Source of the DNA: Mobula hypostoma
Lineage: Eukaryota
Assembly: GCF_963921235.1 (NCBI RefSeq)
Contig: NC_086097.1
Coordinates: forward strand, 38,194,001-38,258,000
Reading direction: 5' to 3'
Length of the DNA: 64,000 nucleotides
Both the position numbers and the translations under genes were made by a program. Within the stretch, counting starts at the first letter, position 1; every line of letters starts with the position of its first letter. The notes beneath the pieces are model-generated. The model saw nothing but the letters and a program-made list of their open reading frames with translations, was not told where the DNA came from and made no database searches. Below are positions 39,261 through 49,984 of this stretch, piece by piece.

Positions 39261-40450
39261 TTTCAATGCTTCAAGTCAATAACCTTAATCATAACATTGT
39301 TCTTTTCTGGTGAGTGTTGTAGAATTTTTCTCCTTTTTGCTCAATCTTCCAGGATCTGAAGTTTATTTTTAGTAAAAAAAATGCTTTGATTAGATACCAA
39401 TTACTGTTCTTCAACAATGTTATATGAAATTAGCCAACTATATCTACTTTAACAAATCAATTTATTGTAGATTTAGTCTGACTTTTAAAAACATTGCCCT
39501 GTCTATAAACTGAAAATAACACAGCCTTAACCTAAAAACTATACTTCCAAAGTTCATAGTCAATATAGTTAACTGCCTGTAAAAAGGCATGGCAAATCAC
39601 CCAGTTCAGGGCAATTAGAAATAAGCATTTTCTCTTTGTTTTGTCCTTTTCAAGAAATGCCAACAGCCTGTGAATAAATAAATTAAAACATATTTTCATC
39701 TTTTCAAGATTGCCTCTTTATTCAGAAATTAGGCATTGAATTGACAATACTCAACAATTCCATGACTTTCAAGTTCAGCAGAGGAATAAAATTCAAGTCA
39801 TTCCATTCATTACCCTAACCAATTGCCATGTAATGACTGTATACTTACATTAAGTGATTTATTAAGAAAAACATTTTAATAACTTATGAAATACAACATA
39901 GTACAAGTGAGAATTAAACATACAAAGGAATAAATTGGAGAAATAATTGATTTCTAAAAGTTATAAAATTTGAGTAACTGACCTTTAACAAAATAATTAC
40001 TTGCACAAAGTATAATGTTTAAATTAGTAACTAACCCAGTTTAAATTAGATAATTTTTGATTTGAGGATGTTATCGTTACTTCGCAAAGGAACAGCAGCA
40101 CCGTGTAAGCATAACATGACCGCTTCATAAGTGACAATTGATACGTGTTACTTAACAGAACAACGGTAGTGTGTATACTACTTAGAAGGCGAATGAAGGA
40201 TAGAAATTTATAGTCTGATCGTCCATTTGTAAGGAGACGTCTGTAAAAAGTTCTGAGATTCTTGTATAAAACGACATATCGTTGTATTTCAAATAATTAC
40301 TACGCAGGAAACACTTGACATTCCTGAATGTTAATCGATCAGCTGTACTTGCGCGCAATTTTCGAAATATCGATTACAGAAACAGAAAATATTCTTTGCT
40401 GTGAATTATAAAGCAATCCTGAATCACAACAAACGGTGGTCTCTCTCTAC

Positions 40451-40564
40451 CTGGTCATACGCGTTTTCCTCCAGGAGCTGCGTACAGATATCAGCGCACA
40501 ACTGGAACTTCCGCCTCCTGAAATAACTCCAGGCCAAGAACATGGGATCCATATCCAAACCCAT
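40451..40564 (-). CDS. TTC8: TTC8/BBS8 coding exon 1 (MGLDMDPMFLAWSYFRRRKFQLCADICTQLLEENAYDQ)
   Basis: Manual translation matches the BBS8 N-terminus (AWSYFRRRKFQLCAD). ATG at 40564-40562, 114 nt, donor CAG|GTAGAG. Confidence 0.97.
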
Positions 40565-40627
40565 CTTAATCCGACAGAATCGCTACCTCAGACAGCGGGA
40601 CCGAATGGCGGCCGGTGCGTTCCTGCC

Positions 40628-40642
40628 GTCACTCCCAGCAAC
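40628..40642. promoter_or_regulatory. RFX X-box-like motif GTCACT-CCC-AGCAAC upstream of TTC8
   Basis: Fits GTNRCN-N(0-3)-RGYAAC, 64 bp from the ATG. BBS genes are established RFX targets. Confidence 0.6.
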
Positions 40643-40791
40643 GCATCCTTGGGTCTTCACAGCTGCCATGGTGTCCCCGCAACCGCCTGACAAACAAGCA
40701 AAGAGTAAGTGCAGTGCCATTCGTGAGAAAATATGGTCATCGTGATAAATCACGCGATAACTTACCCCTTTTGCTTCATAATTATATCTCA

Positions 40792-40803
40792 GTCGTTGGC
40801 AAC
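40792..40803. promoter_or_regulatory. Second X-box-like motif GTCGTT-GGCAAC
   Basis: Perfect GGCAAC half-site plus a degenerate left half. Confidence 0.45.
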
Positions 40804-41243
40804 AAAAGAAACATAGCCATGCTTACGACCTTCAACTGCTTTTGTTTGCTGCCAATCATCCTGTCAAGAAACAATGATCATTCATTAACCTAAGCTGTAC
40901 ACATTTGCACGATGTATTTTAAAATAAATATCAACAAAAATGTAATATTATCGATTAGTAGCACAATTGTTCAAGTAATATTACTTTCAAGCATCAATGT
41001 TAAGATACGTTTTATAAATAGCCATGGTTATATAACGACCGGAGGAACTATCTTTCAGCATCACCGTGTTCTTTTCCAATATACAGTATTTTGTGGTAAT
41101 TTAGGGTTAATATGATGTTTTAGCAACGAAAGAAAATAAATCATGTATGTTATAAGTTTTGCATATGCTGGAAGTCCACACACACACACACACACCTCTG
41201 AAGGAACTCAGCAGATTAGGTAACATCTTTGGAAATGAATAAA

Positions 41244-41281
41244 CAGTTGACGTTTCAAGCCGCGACCCTTCTTCAGGACTG
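41244..41281 (-). ncRNA. Minimal type-I hammerhead ribozyme motif, catalytic core intact, within PLE terminal fragment 41160-41282
   Basis: CAGTC-CTGAAGA-AGGGTCGCGGCTT-GAAAC-GTC-AACTG: CUGANGA, GAAA, GUC cleavage triplet, palindromic ACGT stem III. Stems I and II are weakened. Confidence 0.65.
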
Positions 41282-41469
41282 GATGTAGAAATATTACTTC
41301 TGGGTTCAAATGCACGAATGCAAATTGTAAGCTTTTAAAATGTTAAACAGATTCTTCAACAGCTAATGACAACAAAAGGCAAAAATAGCAAAGTCAAACT
41401 AGAAATCTGAAATGGGAACGGTGAAAACATTAAAGAAATTGACTCCAGAGGAAACGGCATTAACACCCT

Positions 41470-41581
41470 GAACACGAGAAAGTCTGCAGGTGCTGGAAAT
41501 CCAATGCAACACACATACAAAATGCTGTAGGAACTCAGCAAGTCAGGCAGCATCTATGGAAATGAATCGAGAGTCGACGTT
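41470..41581 (-). mobile_element. PLE terminal-repeat fragment, truncated inside the hammerhead
   Basis: Same terminal sequence as the 5790-5880 copy, ending at gtcgacgtt. Confidence 0.7.
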
Positions 41582-41912
41582 CCCTTAGCCTGAACTAGGC
41601 TATAAATATCAAAAGTCGACCTTTTCTCCGAAATATTATAGTCCAACAGGCTACTTTCGATTTTCGGAATTTTCTCACTTAGCTTCAGATTTCAAGATCC
41701 ATAATGATTGCCATATCATAAGTTAAACGCTGTGCTAATAGTCAAATCCTATTTCCTACAACCTCCCGCCTTACTTTACGAATGGCAAGCGACACACGCA
41801 GCCGAATGCATGATGTCAAGGATGATTGACACAACGGTTCAAGTCCCCATTGGTCAAGAGCGACGTCCGTCTGACGGGCGCTGAGCCTCCGTGTGGGCCG
41901 GCCCAGGCGGGC

Positions 41913-41922
41913 GCGCAGGCGC
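41913..41922. promoter_or_regulatory. NRF1-like motif GCGCAGGCGC in EML5 promoter
   Basis: Motif match inside the GC-rich block. Confidence 0.45.
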
Positions 41923-42045
41923 GGAGGGTGGAGGTGTTAAAGCGGTTCGCTCACCTGTGGACGCCGGGGGTTTGTAGTTGTGTTGGACGGAGGGCTGGCG
42001 GCACGCGGCTCTCGGTGTTTGCGGGCGTGGGGAAGAAATGCATGA

Positions 42046-42456
<411 letters not shown>

Positions 42457-44334
42457 TGATAATGCGCGCTGGTTGCTCCCGGTTCCCGTTATTTGGTTGT
42501 ATGTATTGGTAGGTGAAATGCGCCCTTGAGTCTAAATCTGGCAAGTTACTTTCGGCAAAAAAAATAACGCTTCATACACGCTCAGAATTCAAGTTGACTC
42601 GTATTTGAAACCAAACAGAATGTTAATACTCCGCTTCCTCCTTAATCTTATGAAAGTGATCGGAAAGAAGTCTTTAATAAAGGCACGGTGTAATTTAATG
42701 TCAGCTGAAATATTTTATTTGGATTTCCCCCATTCCGCATAAATACAACTAATTTGAATGAAGTTATACAAATTAAAAGGGCACAGTTTTGCGATTATTC
42801 GCTGCAATTATTGAAACAAAATGAGAACATCGCAATCGATTGAATAGTTTGGTCCATATTGCAAATGAAGATTATCGTAAGGCCTATAAAACATTCAAAC
42901 TTATTGCTGGGTGTTTCAAGTGATTAGAACCTATATTTAAGCTCTAGCGTGTATGTATTTTGTAACATTTTTATGTCTATGGATAGCGAGAGTTTATTTT
43001 AAACATGTGGAATTGAAATCATTAAGTTAAAGAAAACCTTCACTGGAACGGTAACCAATAGTAAAGAAAACCTTTGCTTTAACGCAAGCTGTTAGCTGAA
43101 CATCAGGTGATGCTGTTTTATACATGCGGGTGGTTTGTATTACTGGAGCGTTTCAGAACCCGAACCGCGGAACCCAAACCTTTGTTTAATAAATGAGTGT
43201 ACTGCATTTCCTCCTGAAGCTGTAGTGTGGTTAGACAGAAAATTTACGACATGTATAATTGATCGGATTTTTCTTTTAAATTCTGTGGTGCGTGGATATC
43301 TTTGTGTGAAAGGTTGGTTCGGAATCCCAATTATAAAGGTTGAATCATAAACAACAGATGGACTGCCATTTACTGTGAAGGGTTTATCCGTTCAAATCGT
43401 TTCTGGAAAAAAAATTTTGGATAGATGATGAATAATGTTTGTGATGTTTTGAGTATCATTGAAAATCTATTTCTTATTATAATTGTATAAAAGTATGAAC
43501 TTCCAGGCAAACTATCTAATCAGTATTAGTACATCCTGGCTTAATTTATTAAATTAATTTTGGGCATAAGAAACAGATGGCATGGATATGAACGGGCAGG
43601 CTAAAGACAGGTAAATTACAAGGGTGTAATTTTATCTGAAGGATATAAATGCCATACTGAATTATGTAATTGAAGCTTGAAGAGGATGAAATCACCAAAT
43701 CACCTTGATACCTAGCCTACCTTTTTGAACTTGGTTCTGCCATTAATTTTGAATTTTTTTTGAAAGTTCTACGTCTATTATTGCCCCACCCCTTTGCAAA
43801 TGCCTGTCAAACCAATTGCCACCTTAATACTGGTTAATTATGAGGATTGGATAAGGTAGGCATAGAAAATGTTTCTGCTGTGGGGAATCCAAAAGAATGT
43901 TTTGATCCAAGGTTCTTTTAGAAGTTAGGCAAGAAGCATAAAACTTGCTGCTTCATAATCATTTTATCAAGAGCTGATAGAACCGGAAAGTTGACCGTGC
44001 TGGAGATCCATTAGTGAAGAGAAAGTTAAGATTTAAGGACTTAAAAAGATTAAACTGACAGTGCTTTGTGTTTGGCTGTTTTGTAACAATAGAGATGAGA
44101 ACAATTTCATTCAAATCATAGATGAGAACTAACTAATGAAATAGCACTTATTCAATACTGCAGGATAAAGAAGCTTCCAGAGCTTTGCAGAATTATATTT
44201 TGTATGACCACTTGAGGCATATTAAACTTGTGTACACGTATAAGAATTGCCTAAAATATAAGCAGATAATTGTTAAACTGCAAAGTAAATATTCAATTAA
44301 ATCTAATTCTTATCTAAGAATTAAATGGACAGAT

Positions 44335-45482
44335 CCAACACAACTTTCTGCAGCTTCTTCCAATCCTGTGCAGTTGCCCCTCCATTCCAGGCAGTTAGGA
44401 TGTTCTCCATAGTACACGTGTAAAAAGTTTAGTGTCTCCGGTGATATACCAAGTATCCTCAATCTGCTAATAAAATATAGACACTGCCGTGCCTTCTTTG
44501 TAATTGCATCAGTATGTTGGGCCCAGGATAGATCTTCAGAGATGTTGATACCCAAGAACTTGAAACTGCTCATCCTTGCCACTGCTGATCCCTCAATGAG
44601 AATTGGTGTGTGCTCCCTTACTTCCCCTTCCTGAAGTCCAAAATCAATTCCTTGGTCTTACTGACCTTGAGTGCAAGGTTGTTGTTGCGACACCACTCAG
44701 GCAGATGATCTGTCTTGCTCCTGTACAATTCCTCATCACCATCTGAAATTCTGCCAATAATAGGTCTGTCATCAATAAATATATAGAGGGTTCTGTCATC
44801 AGTAAATATATAGATGGTATTGGAGCTATGCCTAGCCACATAGTCGTGGCTGCAGAGAGAATAGAGTAGTGGGTTAAGTTGGCAACCTTGATATGCACCA
44901 GTGTTGATTGTCAGCAAGGAGGAAATGTTATTTTTGATCCACACTGACTCTAATCTCCTTGTGAGGAAGTCTGGGATCTGGTTGCTGAGAAAGGTATGGA
45001 GGCCCACGTTTTGGAGCTTGTTGATTAGAACTGAGGATATGATTGTGTTGAACCTGAGATGTAATCAATAAACAGCAGCCTGATGTAAGTGTTGTTATTG
45101 TCCAGGTGATCGAAGTCTGAGTGGTGATCCAGTGAGATTGCACCTTTTTTAGACCTATTGAGATGATAATCAAGTTGCATGGGTCCTGGTCCTTGGGCAG
45201 GAGTTGATTCTAGCCATGACCAACCTCTCAAAGCACTTCATAATAGATGTGAGTGCAACTGGGAGATAGTCATTGAGGCATCTCACCCTGCTCTTCTTGG
45301 GCACTGGTATGATTGTTGCCCTTTTGAAGGAGGTTGGAAGCACCAACTGCAGCAGTGAGAGAGGGAGTGACTTTGAACACTCCCACCAACTGGTTGGCAC
45401 AGTTTTTCAGTGCCCTACCAGGTACATCATTAGGACCTGACACCTTACGAGGGTTCACCCTCTTGAAAGATGTTCTGATGTC

Positions 45483-45534
<52 letters not shown>

Positions 45535-46350
45535 ATCGTGATCGATCAATCAATCAATCAATCACCGGGTCATCAGATGCTACGGGGATTCACACAAGTG
45601 TAGTTTTATTTTCTCTTTCAAAGCATGCATAAAAGGTGTTGAACTCATCTGGGAGTAAAGCATCTCTCCCATTCATGATGTTAGGTTTCACTTTGTGAGA
45701 AGTAATGGCCTGCAAACCCTGCTAGAGCTGATGCAACCAATTCTCTCTCTAACTTCAACTAGAATTGATTTTTCACTCTTAAAATAGCCTTTTGTAGGTC
45801 GTACTTGGACTTTTTGTATAGTTCTGGATCACAAGTCTTGAATGCCTTGTTGACATACCAAATCTCTTCAAACTCCAAATGAAGTATAGCTGCTGTCTTG
45901 CCATTTTTATAACTGCATCAATATGTTGGGACCAGGTTACATCCTCAGAGATCTTGACACCCAGGAACTTGAAACTGCTCACTCTCTCCACTTCTGATCC
46001 CTCTGAGGATTGGTATGTGTTCCTTCGTCTTGCCCTTCCTGAAGTCCACAATCAGCTGTTTTGTCTTTCTGACGCTGAGTGCCAGGTTGTTGCTGGGGCA
46101 CCACTCCACTATAAATCTGAAGACTACAAATCTCCTGTTTCATCTGTGTCTTTTGATTTGGGTATATCCAGTATGTTCTTGAAGATACACACTTATCCAC
46201 ACAAGTCTTGATGAAATTGGTGACAACTGTGGCATATTAATTCAGTTTTGAAGATGAATCCCTGAATATTGTCCAGTCCACAGACTCAATGCAGTCCTGT
46301 AAATGCTTCTCCACCTCCCTTGCCACTGTTGCTGCAGTTTTTAGTCTCTG
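44335..46350 (-). mobile_element. Rex1/Babar LINE fragments (second copy nested at ~45845-46110)
   Basis: [41 protein letters not shown]. Confidence 0.85.
45489..45532. repeat. (TG)22 microsatellite followed by (TCAA)n
   Basis: Direct read. Confidence 0.95.
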
Positions 46351-46887
46351 CCTTTACACGCATCCAGTCCCATCTGCCTGCATTTGTAGTTCTCAAGATG
46401 ATGTGTGATTTGGAGGACGTTCTCATGCACCTGGTGCTCTAGTCCTTGGCAGTCGAGTTCACAGGGTTTTTGAGATGCTGTGCACTTAATCTTAATGAGC
46501 AACTTCAAAGTATTTTATAAATTGTATATGTTGCATTTCTGATGTGCCACAGGGGAAAGGAATCAATATAAAGTGAGTTGCTTTGTTTAGGAGAGAGTTT
46601 CTTGAGTACTAGAGTTGGCCTCTCTTAATGAAGTGTGGAGTACTGTCTCAGACTTGTTTTTTTGACAACAATAATTTGGAGAATTGGGAAATTAACGACT
46701 GGATGCAGAACCTTCATTTTCTTATAGCCAAGTATTTATATGGCTGGTCAGCAATGGCCCAGAATCTTAGTGTGATAACCAGTTGATTGTAAATGAATGT
46801 TAAATTAGTTCGGCCTTGCTGCATGCAGGCATTGTTTCATTTTCTAAAGATTCGCAAAGTTAGTCGACTATTGTGCTATAATCATTA

Positions 46888-47880
46888 AGTTCAAAGTAAA
46901 TTTATTATTGAAGTACATGTGTCACCATGTACAACCCTGAGATTTGTTTTCTTGTGGGAATACTCAATAAATTCATAATAGAATAATAACCATAAACAGA
47001 ACCAGTGAAAGACGGCACAAACCTGAGTGTTCAACCAGTGTGCAAAAGGCAACAAATTTTGTAAATACGAAAAGAAAGAAATAATAATAAACAAATAATA
47101 AATATTAAAACCATGAGATGAAGAGTCCTTGAAAGTGAGTCCACAGTTTGTGGGAACATTTAAGTGATGGGGCAAGTGAACTTATCCCCCTTGGTTCAAG
47201 AGCTTGATGGTTGAGGGGTAATACTTGTTCCTGAACCTGGTGATGAGGGTCTTGGGCCTTGTACCCGCTTCCTGATGGCGGCAGCAAGAAAGGAGCTTGA
47301 CCTGGGAGGTGGGGGTCCCTGATAATGGATGCTACCTTTCTGTGACAACACTCCATCTAGATGTGCAATGGTGGGGAGAGCTTTACCCGTGATGGACTGG
47401 GCCACATTCAGTATGTTTTGTAGGATTTTTGGTTCAAGGACATTAGTGTTTCCATACCAGTCTGTGATGCAACTAGTCATTATACTCTCCACTATACGTT
47501 TGCAGAGGTTTGTTGAAGTTTTAGATGTCATGCTGAATCTTTGCAAACTTGTAAGGAAGTAGAGGTACTGTCATGCTTTCTTTGTAATTGTACTTATGTG
47601 CTGTGTCCAGGACAAGTCCTCCAAAATGACAACACCAAAGAATTAAGTTGCTGACACTCTCCACCTCTGTGCCTCTGATGAGGACTGGCTCATGGATCTC
47701 TGGTTTCATCCTGAAGTCAATAATCAGCTCCTTGGTCTCGCTGGCATTGAGTAAGAAAATTGTTATGGTACCACTCAGCCAGATTTTCAATCTCCCCACT
47801 ATATGCTGATATGCCTATGACAGTGGTGTAATCAGCAAACTTGAATATGGCAATGGAGCCGTTCTTAGCCACGCATTCAA
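46888..47880 (-). mobile_element. Rex1/Babar LINE 3' fragment
   Basis: ETKELIIDFR, VESIMTSCITDWYG; 3' tail at 46888-46960. Confidence 0.85.
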
Positions 47881-48169
47881 TATCTCACTTCTGAATATAC
47901 GAAAGGAATGTTATTAATGTAACAATTAAAATAGTTGCATCTATGATGAAGCCCTGAAGAACTTGTGTAGCCACAGACATGACTGGTTTGAGAGTGCAAA
48001 TCTTTATAACCAAGATGTCTGGTTCCAGCTGTTTTGTAATATTTCCTGTAATGAATAAAATTTAACTAAAGACTGGTCTTTGTGATCACAGAAGAGTTGG
48101 GAAGACACTATAGATGCTCACAAGTGCTTCAGTCTTGCCTTTGGCAATTAAGAACTGCCACGGTCTTTG

Positions 48170-49600
48170 AAAAAGGTGACATAATGATAGTCATAAAGGA
48201 TTTCAAGATGCAACTAGATTGGGAAAATCTGATTGGGGCTGGATCTCAGAAGAAGGAATTTGCAGAATGCCTATGAAGTGTTATTTTAAAGAGCAAGTTG
48301 TGGTTGAACTCACTAGGGGAAAGGCAATTCTGGATTGGGTCTTGTGAAATAAACCAGATACAATGAGGAGCTTGAGGTAAAGGAACCCATAGGAGGCAAT
48401 GGTTGCAATATGATAGCATTTACCCTGCAGTTTGAGAGGGAGAAGTTAAAGTTAGATTTATCAGTATTACAATGGAGTAAATGTAATTAGAGTTGTGAAA
48501 AAGGAGCTGGCCAAAGTTGATTGGAAGGGGACACGAGCAGGGATGATGGCAGAACAGCAGTGGCTGGAGTTTCTGGGATCAATTTGGAAGGTGCAAGCTT
48601 GATACATCCCAATGATTAAGTATCCTAAAGGGAGGATGGTGCCACCATAGCTGACAAGGGAAGTCCAAGATAGCAGAAAAGCAAATGAGAAGGCATATAA
48701 TATAACAAAAATTAGTAAGAAGTTTTTAAAAACCAACGGAGGCAGATTTTAAAAAAGCCAAAAGAGGAAAAAATGGAATGTGAAAGTACGTAAGCTAACC
48801 AATAATAGAGCAAAAATGTTTTTCAGATGAGTAAAAGAGTGGAAAATGACGCTGGAGGGGTAGTAATAAGGGCAAAGAAATGGTGGATGAACCTAAAGAG
48901 TATTTTGCATCAGTCTTTACTGTGGAAGACAGTAGCAGTATGCAAGAAATTAGAGAGTCAGTAGGCAGAAGTATAGGGAGTTGCTACTAATAAGGAGAAG
49001 GTGCTTGGGAAACTGAAAGATCTGAAGTTAGATAAGCCACTTGGACCAGATGGTATCGGAAGAGATTGTGAGGGCATTAGTAATTGTCTTCCAAGAATCA
49101 CTTGATTCTGGAGAATTGGAAGATTTCAAATGTCCCTCCCTCCTTTTTTAAAAAGAAGGGAAATTATAGGCCAGGCAGCCTGACTACAGTGCTTGGGAAG
49201 ATGTGGGGGTGTACTATTAAGGATGAGGTTTTGGGGTACTTGGAGGTGTATGATAAAATAGGTCCAAGTCAACATGGGCTCCATAAGGGGAAATCGTACT
49301 TGACAAATCTGTTGGAAGTCCTTGAGCAAATAAGCAAGACAGGCAAAGGCAAATCGATGGATGTGGTGTACGTGGATTTTCAGAAGGCCTTGGCAAGGTG
49401 ACGCACATGAGGCTGCTTAGCAAGATGACAGCCCATGGTATTACAGGGAAGATACTAGCATGGATAGAGCATTGGCTGACTGACAGCAGGCCTTGGGAAG
49501 AAAGGGGGCCTTTTGTGGTTGACTGCTATTGACTAGCGGTGTTCCATAGGGGTCTGTGTTTGGGCTGCTCTCTTTTTATCATTTGTGTCAATGATTTGGA
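48170..49600 (+). mobile_element. Decayed CR1 ORF2 fragment
   Basis: GNYRPGSL, SQHG, VYVDFQKA. Confidence 0.8.
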
Positions 49601-49724
49601 TCAGTGGTAAAAACAAGATACTGAGGCCACAAGATTTTCTGATTTGGCCTTGATGAATTTATTGTTTTAATGAAATATTACTAAAATATATAAATAGAAA
49701 GGAAATGAATATACGTAAATATGG

Positions 49725-49975
49725 GGAGGCACAGTAGCATAGTGGTTAGCACCACCCTTCACAGCACCAGAGACCCAGCTTCAATCCTCACCACTGCCTG
49801 TAAAGAGTTTCTATGTTCTCCCCATTATCGTGTGAGTTTCCCCTCACAGTCCAAAGACTTGCCAGTTGGTAGTTTAATTGGTCATTGTAAATTGTCCTGT
49901 GGTTAGGCTAGGATTAATTGGGGGAATTACTGGGCACTGCGGTTCGAAGGACAGGAAATGCCTATTTCATGGCTA
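49725..49975 (+). mobile_element. tRNA-derived V-SINE/HE1-like SINE
   Basis: A/B-box-like head (tagcatagtgg..gcttcaatcc) and V-domain-like gagtttctatgttctcccc..cacagtccaaagac. Confidence 0.7.
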
Positions 49976-49984
49976 TTTCATGGT

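Noticed and set aside
21664..40450. Photoreceptor-specific 30-nt BBS8 exon 2A known from mammals
   Set aside because: I found no in-frame 30-nt exon resembling EPDPELPVHQ by eye. Absence cannot be proven without retinal RNA-seq.
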